Shown: positions 37,753 through 51,149 of the stretch, one piece after another | Position numbering within the stretch: the first letter of the stretch is position 1 | Layout of the letters: each line of letters opens with the position of its first letter | Source: Mobula birostris | Taxonomy: Eukaryota | Assembly (NCBI RefSeq): GCF_030028105.1 | Contig: NC_092383.1 | Coordinates: forward strand, 81,797,921 to 81,861,920 | Reading direction: 5' to 3' | Length of the DNA: 64,000 bases | Program-made: the position numbers and the translations under genes | The notes under the pieces: model-generated | Seen by the model: the letters and a program-made list of their open reading frames with translations, nothing else | What the model was told of the DNA's origin: nothing | Databases searched by the model: none

Positions 37753-40700
37753 AAAAATGGCTCCACGTGACTGTTGAAGGCAGTGTGGATTTGTAGTAAA
37801 TGCCCATAATGTTGATGGGGGTGGGGCAATAGGATGGGTTAAAATAACCCAGTTCATTGAGGCAGGGTTTTTTTGGCAAGAAACCAGTATCAGTATTAAC
37901 ACTAGTTCAGCGTCACTTTTTACCACCTGCTATGCAGCACAAAAGTAAAACTTGATATTTTTATTCTTTTGACTTTATGATACAGTAATACAGCTACTTG
38001 AGACTTTTTGCTTTTTTTTACCCCAACAGTGTTTTTGAGCAAGTCATTGTTTGGGGTTATGAGTTATCTCTGCCTCAAATAGAAGGTGCATCATATTTGT
38101 CTCTTTTTTCTCCCTAGCTCTAATCCATGCAAACTACTGCTTCATGAGCATGTATCAGAGTCGCTGGTAACCGTTCAGCTCCTTGATGTTGAGGGAGGAG
38201 AGGGAAAAATAACTTTAAACATTGGCCTTTTGGTCCTTTCCCTTGTTCTGTTTTAATTCCAAATAATTTTTGTTGGCACTTGTTCTCTCTCCACAAATAG
38301 TGTCACTTTGCACTAATTTTACACTTTAGTTTATTTGTTTGATGACACAGATTGGGAAATTAATGCAGAGCTGCACTATTTGATATGTATGTGAAATGGT
38401 AATACCATTGAGCTTTAGAATGTGTTGATGCAAGTGCCTGGAAAGTGTCCCTTATTTTACAAAAAAGGCCACCATCTGCTTTTCTACTTTAAAGCTTTAA
38501 GATCTTTGTGTATTAAGGTCCTTTTCAAAACATTAACAAACACTATCATGTTGCACATTGTCATTGTTCAGTTCAATGAATACTAAAAAGTATTCTGATA
38601 GAAAGGAAAAATGCTTGGAATTCAAGTTTGAAACTGGATTTAATTATGCCTGTAGTCTGTCTTTTGAGTGTGCTGTTGGTGTCTAAATTCTAAATGTTAG
38701 CCATGTTATGGATTCTTTGGCTGTTGATCTAAAATCAACAGGCCTGAGATGGAGGACAGAAACAAGGTTGCTCTTGTCCTTGACTTTCTGTGAGCCCTCA
38801 AAAGGCTTCCTGATCCGAATGACCTTGGAACTGTCTAGTATTAAACACTACATTTTCGCAATTGCACATAGCTCCATTTTAGCATAGTTGGACCAAGTTG
38901 AAGATCACCGAGTTGTTACTTATTTCTGTAACCTTTTTGTCTACTTGTCAGTCTGTAGCAAACTGGGAATCAATATCATTCCCAGTGTATTTGATTGGGC
39001 TTTTCAAAATGTTTAGGTGAACCAACACCGGTGTATTACACTCCACTCTATATTGGCAAAGTGCAAATTGACGCATGATCTATCCTTTTTGTGCAACTGC
39101 CTCGTTTATTTTCACTTCCAGGAAATAAATCATCTAGTATGGCTTTTTATAAATGTATATCTTTTAAACTGTTGTGTAATTTCATCATTAACTGAAAAGA
39201 TAATTGTTATGGTTTTGAGTTTGTCTTTTGTCTTTCACTTTGTGATATATAGCCAAGTATACTGGACTTCTTAAATTTAGTTCAGTGTTTTGCATAGCAC
39301 AAGAGTATCATTTCCAACTTTCACAGTCAAGATATATGTATGTAGTATGGATGCATGTTGGTTACATTGTCTCATGATGGGGTGCAGGTATTGTGGAACA
39401 GATAAGTAAATAGGTTAGCTTTGTTGGAGTGATGGAAACTGTGGGAATATAGACTCTGATTTATTGTGCAAATCTGCAACGACTGCCCACTCCAACCTAC
39501 TTTGCCTTTTGCATTTCTGAACAGAGGAGAGTATTGAACACTCCACCTTTCTTGAATCTGTTTGATAGAGATAACACTATAAGTTACATGCAAAGAGCTG
39601 GAATTCCTATGCAGTTTACAATTTTAATCAGTATGGATTGATCAGACTATGTAAAATGCAAGTCTTTAATTTCAGGGTTGTTTTTGCTATCAACTCCAAC
39701 TCTGTGCTTTGAAGGATCTGCTGATAGGGTTGATAGACAAATGAACAACGTTTAGGGACGGGAAGTCAACTCTGGACTAATTTAACTATTTTAATATAAG
39801 GGAGAATTGTGACACTTGGGATGAAAAGGTATGCTGATGCTTGTATTAATGTTGCAGCTTCCCAAAGAGACATTTTAAATGGCTACTTGCATTGGGAACT
39901 TGAGTGGGCTCCAAGGGGTACACCAACTTGGATACATGTGGAAAAATATCTTTTATTAACTACTTAGTTTTGTACAGCAGGATTCCTTTGGGGGCGGGGG
40001 GGAATGCTCTTCCTTCAGATCTAAAAGTACATTTCAAATTATATTAGGATAGGATTAAGTATTAATTGACTTACATGTTAATTAGTACTAATTCATTTTA
40101 GTATTGCTAAATTAGTATTAATTAACACATTAGTCACTAACCTGTACCTGTTCATTTATATTTCAAACCTATGAGATGGATGGATCCTGATTAGTCTGTA
40201 AATGGACACCACCAGGCCATATAAACACTACACTGCAAAGGATGGTAATAGGTGCTTCAATGTTGAAATTCGATGCCAAGAATCCAATGTAGTGTCAGTA
40301 AAGCAAACTTGGTAATTGGGTAAAAGATGGCTGGAGATCAGCCTACTTTAAAGTTAAGTTTCAAGGAACAGCTCCATGAAGGTCAGTCACTCCAGGATAG
40401 AAAAGTAATTCAATCCCTTGATTGTCTGTGGAAAATATTTAAAACCCCCTGGATAATTCATGGAAGGGCTCCACAGTGATTATTGAGTGATCAATTGTTT
40501 ACACAATTTTTGTTCAGATACTTACCTTAACATTTCAAAACCATTATCTACATTTTCTGGGCTTCACTACTGTTTAGAGATCAACATAACATTCCTAACA
40601 TCTACCTTGAGATTGTATTGGGAGGGAAAATAATTTTTCTTTTTGCCAAATCAACTTTCCCTAAAATAACTTCAGTTTCTAGTTGAGAAATTGAGACTAT

Positions 40701-43700
40701 TAAAAATCAAATCACCTACATTGAATGAAGATGAAGCTTGTGCAAGCTTGCACAGAACCTTTAACAAAGATGTTCTTTAATTTTAAGACCCACATTTGAA
40801 TCTGCAATAGGCCTGTGAAACACAGCATTTACTTCCACCTGTCCGAAAGCATGTTCCTTTGAGGCCTGTCTTAGCTACTTTCTTACTACATGTAAATCCA
40901 TAACACAAAATTATCTTTGGAAGTCATGAGCAGATTGGGAACGCAATGATTTAAAGTGAGATAGGAATGTGACTAAATTAATGTCCCTGCTTAGAAGGGA
41001 GGACTTTATACTCCAGTTTGCCCCAGCTATACCCCACCTTGTATGTTGCATCTGAGGTCAAAGGAAAAATTGTCGCTCACTGAACATTAGAGGCAAGGTT
41101 CCCTAAAGTAGAAAGTTATATTGAAAGCAGCACTTCAAAAAAAGACAACAGTATTACTATTAAACTTCAGAAATGGCTTGTAAAAGGCAAATAAGTAATT
41201 GACTTTGATGACGAAGTTGGGGGGTTGGGGGAGAAGAGGTAGTGCTTGTGAGCAAATGATCTTGTTTTAAAGCATTCTTGAGTTTAGTCCAGGGTCACAA
41301 ATTTCAGCTTGGTTTATTTCCAGTTGCATTTTCAAACAGCATCACCTTTCTATCCAGGGAGTCATGAACCTTCACCCAGATGCCTGGTCTGTCATCTTTT
41401 GATGGGGGGTTTCAGTGCTTCAAATCTTAACCATAATCATTTGTTAAGGAATCATCACTACTTCAGTACCTTAGCTGGGTATTATGTGGGTTTCTCAACC
41501 TGTAAGCACTTCTGGAATGAAGATGTCATAATGCACTTGAACTACTTTTAAGCTGCAAAGCAAATCGGTGCAGATGTTTAATTGTTTTAAATAATGTGTT
41601 GAATAGACAGTTGAACAAAATTGAAGGCGGAGGTGGCTGTTTCTTCCAAAAGTAGTGGGTGAACTAAGTTATCTTAAAAATATAGAAAAGCATGTGGAGG
41701 TTCTTGTTTCTCTTGTGTGATGTGGAATGCACAGCGATCAAGGATCACTAAAATCAAGAACACATCAATTAGAGAAACTAGAAGTAAGCCAAAATACTCT
41801 GAACCTTGAAATTATTCCAAACTGAACTTAAACTTAATGTCATTTTCTTATTCCCGCAAGTTGACCTGTTCCAAATCGCTAAATGTCTGATCATGTCCAA
41901 GTATTTAAAGTTGCTCTTAGCAAAAATAAAGCAGAAAAGTGTTGATGGAATTATTAGTCTGATTTATAGACTAGTCTCCTTTTTTTATTTTTTGTGTACC
42001 TGCTTAACTCCATTTGTGTACATGTGAAGTAGCCAGACCCATTGTATTTGTCATCTCTTGTTAACTCCTTGATAGGTGAAAATGGCACTTCATTGTTCAA
42101 ACTTATAGTTTACTCCAGATACTGTAACTGTTTGGGAACTCCTCTTAGTCAGCTACCTCTAATTGGTTTGCACTAGTTTTTTTTGTGTGTTTTTATAAAG
42201 GCACTGCTCTTCACTCACAAAGTGTATTATTTTTTAAAATCCCAGGATGTTAACTTGTGGCATGTTTACCTGTGTGTGCATTCATCTCTGATCCCTTGGG
42301 CAATGCTGAAACTTGATCCATTTTTTCCTACTTCATCCAGCAAAGTGTCCATTTTCCACAGGACTTGGCATTCTACTTAAATGCAACCATGGAACATGTC
42401 ATCCTGCTTCCTACTTGGCCTGTATTTCTCTTTAATGTGCCAAGGTCCAGCTTCATACACACTTTCACAGGAATGCTGAATTCCATGTGGGCAAACCATC
42501 CATGCTACAAATTAAATGTGGTTTAGTAATAATAAAAGCAATCTATCATATTAAGCTGTATTTGCTTAAACATATCATGTAGAAGTATATTTGCATCGAT
42601 TTGTGTAATGCCTCTACTTGTAAATGTACAGGCGAGGATAGTTCATCCTATATTTGCTTTAAAATGCTTTTTGGAAAGACTACACTGGGTAATGGACAAA
42701 ATGATTAGTTAATAACTACCCGCAAGGCCTCATTATATAACTTGCAACTTTAAAACCTTCAAGTTGTGACCTATGTACTTCTGTCTTGGTCAACAATGCA
42801 CTTGTTTGGCTGATGAGCTAGCCTACATTATCATCCATTTCTTAGCATTGAGAGTATGCTTTACGCATTTTCTCAGGTTTAGTGCAGTCACGTGCAAAAT
42901 TTGCCAACTCAGAAATGTGGGACTTTGCATGGTATCATGGTTGCAGAAGCCATCCCTGGGAGAAGTTCCCTCAAACTGTTGTTAGTACCCTGGCCTCCGA
43001 CAGTTCAACATGATTTGATGACATGAGAAAAGGAAGTCTAGTTACGGCTGTCATCAAGGTTTTGAGGACAGGGATAAGATCTCTTGTACTTGTGTGTTAT
43101 GTTAACTAGTGGATGGAAGTGTATGTTTTCTTGATGTCAAAAATTCTGTTTCTTTAAAAAGAAACTTTACCTTTCTCCTCTACTTCCCAATCTACTCACC
43201 TTAATTTACCCCAATCTAATAGAACTCAACGTCCTCCCTAGGCTAAGCCCTGTTAACGAGAAAATTTTGTACAACTGAGATGGCATTATACTTGCACCAA
43301 ATAATTGCTCATCACTTTAATTAGGAGGGCATATAGGATCTTGTTGAAGCAATACCACAGAATATCCATTTTTAAGGGAGACTTCTGTGGGTACGCTAGC
43401 TGCACAAATCATTAGCACAATCTTGTATAGAACATTTTGGTTTTTATTGTCTTCCTGTTTGGTACATTCTGACACTTCTTGTTTTAATGTAAATGGTGGC
43501 TAGACTTGGCATCATAAAGGTGATCTTTTAAATACTAAATATGCTTGGACTCTAGTGCAATGAAAAACAGTAACTAGTTTGGTGCACATTAATATTTTAC
43601 CATTGTGTATTCCTTATAATCTTCAATTAAGCCATTGGGTAAAGTATAAAGATCAAGTAATTATTTTAAAATGTTCTATTGTTAAAATGCCAATATTCTC

Positions 43701-43790
43701 AAATCCTTGTTTTATATAAAAAACTGGAAAAAATGCACAAAGTACAAGGTGCTTATATAATAAAGATGAACATTAACCTATTCTGTGTTG
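37753..43790 (+). other. DSTYK: Probable long 3'UTR of DSTYK
   Basis: AT-rich stretch with no recognisable repeats right after the stop. AATAAA at 39124, 41925, 42531, 43759 and 44045. The end point is inferred. Confidence 0.6.
43759..43764 (+). terminator. Candidate distal polyadenylation signal
   Basis: AATAAA followed about 17 nt later by GT/T-rich ttctgtgttgttt; repeat-dense DNA resumes about 300 bp downstream. Confidence 0.5.
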
Positions 43791-44056
43791 TTTAATATCT
43801 CACTTGGGCTGCAGTTCTGCAATAATACATTTTTCATCTTGGAAGTCCTGTGGAATAACAATTGGAACTTAATTCACAAAGTAAATACGGACAAATCTTC
43901 CTGTAGAATTTCATTACAGTATTGGACCATTCAATCTTTTGTGGTTCTCTCCTGGTTTCCTTTTTTGCGCCTCTGTATTTTTTTCCCTTTTGACTGAAGC
44001 CGATTTGTACACTCTTCCAAATGAGGACATTTCCATATACTGGAAATAAAAGTAAT

Positions 44057-45160
44057 ACACACAATGCTAGGGAAACTCAGCAGGCTAGGCAGTATCTATG
44101 GAAGAGAGTAAACAGTTGATGTTTTGGGCCAAGACCCTTTGTCAGGACTGGAAAAAGATGTCAGGGTAAGAGGTTGGGGGGGGTGGGCGGGGGGAGAAAG
44201 TACAAGGTACTAGATGATGGGTGAAGCTGGGGCAGGGGTGAAAGAAAGCTGGGAAGTTGATTGGGGAAAGAGAAAAGGATGAAGAAGGGAGAAATCTCAT
44301 AGAGGACAGAAGGCCATGGAAGAAAGGGAAGGGGGTGGAGCACCAGAGAGGGGTAATGGGCAGGTAAGATGAGAGAGGGTAATGGTGAAGGGGGCAGGGA
44401 TTACTGGAAGTTTGAGAAATCGATGTTCATACCATCAGGTTGAAGACTACCCAGCCAGAATATAAGGTGTTGCTCCTCCAACTTCACTGGCCTCATCATG
44501 GCAGTAGAGGAGGCCATGGACTGATTTATGGAAATGGGAAGTAGAATTAAAATGGGTGGCCACTGGGGATCCTGCTTTTTCTGGCGTAGGTGCTTGGTGA
44601 AGTGCAATTTGCGTTGGGTCTCACCGATTATACAGGAGGCCACAACGTGAGCAACAGAAACTGGATGATCCCAACAGATTCTCAGGTGAAGTGTCATCTC
44701 ACTTGGAAGAACTGTTTGGGGCCCTGCATGGTCATGAGGGAGGTGGTGTAGGGGCAGGTGTGGTACTTGTTCTGCTTGTAAGAATAAGTACCGTGTGGGA
44801 GATCAGTGGGAAAGCACGAATGGACAAGGGAGTCATGGGAGCAATCCCTGCAGAAAAGGGTGGGCGGAGGGGGAGAGACGTGCTTGGTGGTGGAATCCTG
44901 TTGGAGATAGCGGAAGTTACAGAGAATTATGTGCTGGACATGGAGGGTGGTGGGGTGGTAGATGAGGACCAGAGGAATTCTATCCCTGGTGCAGTGGCAG
45001 GAGGATGTGCATGAAATGGAAGAGATGCTGGTAAGGGCAGAGTTGATGGCAGAGCAAGAAAAGGACTCTTTCTTTGAAGGAGAACATCTCACTAGTTCTG
45101 GAATGAAAAACCTCATCCTGGGAACAGGTGGAGGAATTGAGGGAAGGGGATGGTATTTTC
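44057..45160 (-). mobile_element. Penelope-like element remnant
   Basis: RDRIPLVLIYHP, QGPKQFFQVR, IIGETQRKL, LEEQHLIFWLGSLQPDGMNIDFS; terminal repeat with a decayed hammerhead at about 44112-44150. Confidence 0.85.
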
Positions 45161-45721
45161 AATGTTTAATGCCTTTATACATACATTTGTTTAGGATCTC
45201 AAATAATAACTGGCACAACACAATGTAGAAATAGTATCAAACAAATTTGATATTGAACTGCAATATTAGGGAATATCATCAAAGGCTTGAACAAAAATAT
45301 TGCAGCCTTATAGAAGTTTAATAAAAAAAATTAGATCTAAACAATTAAGCATTTAACAGCCAGTGGCAGAGTGATTGAAATCTCAGCATTTCTCAGTTCA
45401 TTTGTCCATCTTCAATTTGTGCACTGATACATCTGCCCATATTTAAATTCTAAACCAAATGTAAATAGACAATGTATTGATGGCTAGAAACAGCTATGTA
45501 ATATTCACAGCATTCAGTTCAAAATAATGCAGAGACAAAGCATTGTCTGAATTTAAATTATTAGTGGAATTGGAAGACATTAAGCAATGTGTTTCTAGAG
45601 TGGGTGGGTGTCTGGAGTTGAAAGAGAAACTTGAAAGTGTTGGGTGTGCATTTGAAAAAAATTCTTTAAACAAAAATAATACTTGGTTATTGGATCAAGA
45701 ACTTATACTTCTGGATCTGGG

Positions 45722-46309
45722 AACACACACCAAAGTTGCTGGTGAATGCAGTAGGCCAGGTGCCATCTCTAGGAAGAGGTACAGTCGACATTTCGGGCCG
45801 AGACCCTTTGTCAGGACTAACTGAAGGAAGAGCTAGTAAGAGATTTGAAAGTGGGAGGGGGAGATCCAAAATGATAGGAGAAGACAGGAGGGGGAGGGAT
45901 GGAGCCAAGAGCTGGACAGGTGATTGGCAAAAGGGATATGAGAGGATCATGGGACAGCAGGCCCAGGGAGAAGGAAAAGGGGGAGGGGGGGAACCCGGAG
46001 GATGGGCAAGGGGTATAGTCAGAGGGAGAAAAAGGAGAGAGAGAAAGAATGTGTGTATATAAATAAATAACGGGTGGGGTACGAGGGGGAGGTGGGGCAT
46101 TAGCGGAAGTTAGAGAAGTCAATGTTCATGCCATCAGGTTGGAGGCTACCCAGACGGAATATAAGGTGTTGTTCCTCCAACCTGAGTGTGGCTTCATCTT
46201 TACAGTAGAGGAGGCCGTGGATAGACATATCAGAATGGGAATGGGACATGGAATTAAAATGTGTGGCCACTGGGAGATCCTGCTTTCTCTGGCGGACAGA
46301 GCGTAGGTG
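45722..46309 (-). mobile_element. Young 5'-truncated Penelope-like insertion
   Basis: Direct repeat TTCTGGATCTGGG at 45709-45721 and 46310-46322; GIY-YIG C-terminal coding piece, purine tract, terminal repeat with CTGACAA (mutated core). Confidence 0.88.
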
Positions 46310-46544
46310 TTCTGGATCTGGGGTTATCTTGCTGTGCCCTTTAAGAGAAATTTGGGGCTGCTAAATGAACTGTAATTTGTACTTAGGTGTTTGAAACTTG
46401 TATGCATCTTCCTGTCAGTGCAGGATTTAAGTGTATAGAAGTTAAGAACTGCATGAGGAACCTGCCTTCCCCCTTTCCTCAGTTGTGCAAGTTCAGACAG
46501 ATGATGACTTGGGAAATTTCAGGTACCTGGTCTAGATTAATTCA

Positions 46545-46790
46545 ATGTTTTTTATTGAGATACAGTGCTGAATAGACCCTTCTGGCCCCTCAAGCCATGC
46601 TGCCCAGCAATCCCCCGACTTAATCCAAGCCTAATCACAGGACAATTTATAATGGCCAGTTAACCTACTAACAGTCTTTGGACTGTGGGAGGAAATGAGC
46701 ACCCAGAGGAAACCCACGCAGTCACAGGAAGAACGTACGAACTCCTTGCAGGCAGTGGCGGATAATGTATTGATCGTGCCACGCACGTTC
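46545..46790 (-). mobile_element. V-SINE (HE1-like)
   Basis: Reverse complement of the V-domain: gtctttggactgtgggaggaaa..gagcaccc.gaggaaacccacgcagtcac. Confidence 0.75.
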
Positions 46791-47241
46791 TACAACCTTA
46801 GGACAACACAACCCAGCATTACCCCTGCTGGAACCGCAGGTATTCCTCTATGCGTCTGTTCCCGGATGTTTAAATTCCCCAAAACTTTTCATTTCAGCCT
46901 CTTCATTCTTTTTTACCACAAGATGGTGCCCTAATACTGAGCTCGAATGCTTCAGGCTCAGTTAGAGATCTCACAAATAACAGTCAGTAGAAGTAGGATA
47001 TTTAGCTCTGTCATGGAGAGGTGTTAAAATAATAGTGATAGCAATAGGGGATTTCAATTTCTTCTGTACTTACTGGGATCAGCCTCAGATGGATGCAATT
47101 TTAAAAGCATATCCAGCAGAGCTTTTTGAACCAATACATTTTATGTCCTACTGGAGAAAAATCTTTCCCTCCGGAGTCAAGGGAGTGTCAATGGGAGAGC
47201 ATTTCCTACAGAGTAAGCATTGCTCTGAGTTTCAATATAAT

Positions 47242-47415
47242 NNNNNNNNNNNNNNNNNNNNNNNNNNNNNNNNNNNNNNNNNNNNNNNNNNNNNNNNNNN
47301 NNNNNNNNNNNNNNNNNNNNNNNNNNNNNNNNNNNNNNNNNNNNNNNNNNNNNNNNNNNNNNNNNNNNNNNNNNNNNNNNNNNNNNNNNNNNNNNNNNNN
47401 NNNNNNNNNNNNNNN
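47242..47415. other. Assembly gap (174 N)
   Basis: Run of N. Confidence 1.
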
Positions 47416-47850
47416 TTTAGTCAGCTCCATCTTGCTTACTAGCCTACAAAGTACCCAGGAATCTTCAAGGAGTGGGGTCTCAGAAAGGCAGCATCTGTTA
47501 TTAAGGACCTCCAGCATCCAGGACCCAGGGCATGCCCTTTTCTCACTGTTACCATCAGGTAGGAGGTACAGAAGCCTGAAGGCACACACTCCGATTCAGG
47601 AACAGCTTCTTCCCCTCTGCCATCCGATTCCTAAATGGACATTGAACCTGTGAACACTACATCACTTTTTTAATACACAATTATTTCTGTTTTCTGCACG
47701 ATTTTTAATCTATTCAAAATAAGTATACTGTAATTAATTTACTTATTTGTTATTTTTTTCTTCTATATTATGTATTGCATTGAACTGCTGCTGCTAAGTT
47801 AACAAATTTCACAACACATGCTGGTGATAATAAACCTGATTCTGATTCTG
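47416..47850 (+). mobile_element. Rex/Babar-like LINE 3' end
   Basis: HALFSLLPSGRRYRSLK; tail aataaacctgattctgattctg. Confidence 0.88.
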
Positions 47851-47853
47851 GAA

Positions 47854-48328
47854 TGCACATTACTGTATTTGTCAATTTGCAGCGGAGAGCGAGTTTGTAT
47901 GTCTGGCAGGAGCAAAGGATGTTGGGAATGGTGAGCATGAAACGCTACAGGAAGGGTGTGGGACAGACCGCAGAAAAGGAATGCCGGGCGGAGGTGGTGT
48001 GTATGCAGATACCTAGCCCTGAGACACCAGGCAAGGTCATTTGATTCCAAACAATTATTTTTTGATCATTACAGAATGTGTGGTGGTTCCTGCTCCCTAC
48101 CCTGTCCCTTTCCTTTTCCCCAGTCATAATTCCCCTCTCCCTGCCCCCTTCCCACTCTCAGTTCACTGTAGAAACCCATTATCAGAATCAGGTTTATCAT
48201 CACTGATGTAAGTCATGAAATTTGTTTTTCTTTTGCGGCAGCTGTCAATGCAATACATAAAATTACACTACTGTGCAAAAGTACTGTACCCTAGTTATAT
48301 ATGTGCCTAAGACTTTTGCATGGTACTG
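47854..48328 (+). mobile_element. Compound Tc1-type element: TIR remnant, ~400 bp internal DNA, mini-MITE (48266-48328)
   Basis: tgcacattactgTA at the left end; TA-cactactgtgcaaaagt...cctaagacttttgcatggtactg-TA at the right end; internal part shared with 20005-20185. Confidence 0.8.
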
Positions 48329-48654
48329 TAAATCAATCTCATTTGCCTACACGATGTCCATATTCCAAAATTCTTTGATCAAGCTATCCAATTAATCCTA
48401 TTCCTCTTATTTTTCCACATCCCCGTAATTTATTTTCACTTCAAGTACTTACTCAATTCCAAAATTCATTAATAGTTCTGGTCATCATCCACGGATGCTG
48501 CCTAACCTGCTGTGTACTTTCAGCATATTTTCATTCATCCAATTCCTTTCTTTAAATAATGTTTGAATTTGCTTCTCTTTCAGATAGTGCCTGCCCAAGT
48601 AGAACAGTTCACATTATGAGATACCTTTTTTCCCTCTGGTTCTGTTTCCAATGT

Positions 48655-49225
48655 AAAAGCAAGATGTAATGTTGAGGCCTTATAAAACACTGTTGAGGCC
48701 TTGCTTGGAATATTGTAAGCAATTTTGGGCCCCTTATCTAAGAAAGGATGTACTGACATTGGGGAGGGTTAAAAGGTTCACGAAAATGATTCTGGGATTG
48801 AAAGGCTTATCAAGTGAAGAGCCTTTGATGGCTCTGAGACAGTACTTACTGGAATTCAGAAGACTGAGGGGTGACCTCATTGAAACCTATTGAACATTGA
48901 AAGGCCTCAGCAGAGTGGATGTGCAGAGGATGTTTCCTGTGGTGCAGGAATCTAAGACCAGAGGACACAACCTTAGAATCGGGGGGTGTCCTTTTGGGAT
49001 GGAGATGAGGAATTTCTTTAGCCAGAGAGTGGTGAATCTGTGGAATTCATTGCATTAGGTGGCTGTGGGGTATATTTAAGACAGAGGTTGATAGATTCTT
49101 GATTAGTCAGGGCATGGCGGGAAGACAGGAGATGGGGACTGAAAGGGAAACTGGTGAAAGGGTGAAGCAGACTCAGTGGGCCAGATGGCCAAATTCTGCT
49201 CCTATATCCTATGGTTTTATGTTTT
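48655..49225 (+). mobile_element. CR1 LINE 3' end
   Basis: LRPCLEYCKQFWAPYLRKD...LRGDLIETY; terminal ttctgctcctatatcctatggt. Confidence 0.9.
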
Positions 49226-50369
49226 TATGTTAAATCTGTGCATTCAGATTTACTGACATTTCTGCTGTGGCAGCAGTTTTTCAGAAACATGACACCCAAC
49301 CTCAAAGCTTTTGTACTGACAAGGTGGTAAGCTTGAAAGCTGACATCATATTGGACCTTGAATAGGAGAGAAAAGAAATGGGCAAATCTAAATTTGATTC
49401 ACAGCCGAATAAACTATTGAGCCTTAAATGCAGATACCTACAAGTTGGCAAAAACCTGAAATACCAAATGATATGAAGAACTATTACATCTATGCAGACT
49501 CTTTACAAGAAAATTTTTACTTATTTTCTTGAACGTGTTCTTAATCTTTCCTGGACCAGAGGCAGATGTACAGTATGTCAGACCAAGCAGGGAAAACAGC
49601 TGTTGTCTTCTAAAGAACATTTGATTAAACATGGCAGCTTTCTCAGACATTTCTTTCTGGTGCAAACCCACAATTGATCAGATCCATTAAAATTAAAGAG
49701 ACAATTTTATCATTGTGGTATTTAATGGCAAGTCAGCTGGTTCAGTCCTAACACCTTGGTCAGCTGTGTTAGTGAATCCTCCTCTACTTCATTGATTATG
49801 TTCAGGGATTTCCAATCTTGCAGAAAGTTTCAAGGTTCTGTAATTTCCTAGCCTTACCGGTTTGAATTACGTGTTGTCTTGAAGAACCAACTTCCCCTGG
49901 ACTTATGTTTAAAAATAAATTACTTGGAATTGGAGTTAGAATGGTTTCTGCAATGACAGATGCTCTTCATAGAGAGATACAGTATATTCTGAAAGTAGAA
50001 TGGAATTTTGGTGTGTAGGGTGAACACAAGTCACTGGGTGACCAAAATAAGCTCTGGGACATCAGTGTAATTTCTTGGTACTATATAAACTGAGAATCTG
50101 AGTTTAAAACTTGGTGATTAAAATCAAAACACAAAATGCTGCACTCACCAAGTCATGGCAAAAGATCCATCAGCGTTTCTGTTCAGAGGCCCTTTAGGAT
50201 GTTGATTTGTTTCTCTTCGTATGGATGCTGCCCTTCCAGCTGAATGTTTCCAACATTCATTTCAGGTTTGTAGTATTTGCATTTTTGAAAAAAAGAATCA
50301 TTATATTCTGTTAAGTTGGTTAGCTGTTGAAGGTGAATGGTGAAACAAAGGGGTTAATCTCTGTAACAG

Positions 50370-51018
50370 CTAATAGTGGGATCAGCAGTGGAAAGGGTGA
50401 GCAACTTTAAATTCCCGGGATGACAACGCCTCTGAAGATCTATCCTGGACCCAACATATAGATGCAATTAGGAAGAAAGAACATCAACGGATATATTTCA
50501 TTGGGAGTTTCTGGATATTTGGTATGTCACCAAAGCAAATTACTACAGATGTACTCTGCAGAGCATTCTAGTTGATTGCATAATTATCTGATATGGAGGG
50601 ACCGCGCAGGATCATTCACCACTGTAGAGGCTTGCAAACTCAGCCAATTCCATGATGGGTACCAGCCTTCCCAGCATTGAAGACATCTTCAAAAGGCGAG
50701 GACTTGAAAGTTAGCATCCATCATTGAGGATCTCCATTGGCCAGGACATTATTCCTCCTTATTACCAACAGAGAGGATGTGCAGGAGCCTAAAGACACAC
50801 TCAATGTTTTATGAACAGCTTCTACCCCTCCACCAGTATATTTCTGAATGGATAATGAACCAGCTCATGGACACTACCTCACTATTTTTGCTCTCCATTT
50901 GCACCACTTATTTAATTTATTTTCAAAATGTATTATTGTAATTTATAGTTTTTTTATGTATTGCAGTGTAGTGTTACTGCAAAATGACAAACTTCATATT
51001 AAACCTGATTCCGATTCT
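50370..51018 (+). mobile_element. Degenerate Rex/Babar-like LINE 3' part
   Basis: gtggaaagggtgagcaactttaaattcc...gaagatctatcctgg; tail taaacctgattccgattct. Confidence 0.78.
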
Positions 51019-51149
51019 AGCTAATTTTTCTTGATGATGTCTACTGAAGCAGGTAAGTGGTAAAGATGAATTTCCCTTGTCTTCCCTTTGTCAAGACACA
51101 GATGCAGGAGGAAATCATCTCCAGTTATACAGGATAAATAACTGTATTA

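Noticed and set aside
47035-47653. ORFs spanning the N run
   Set aside because: Artefacts of translating through the gap.
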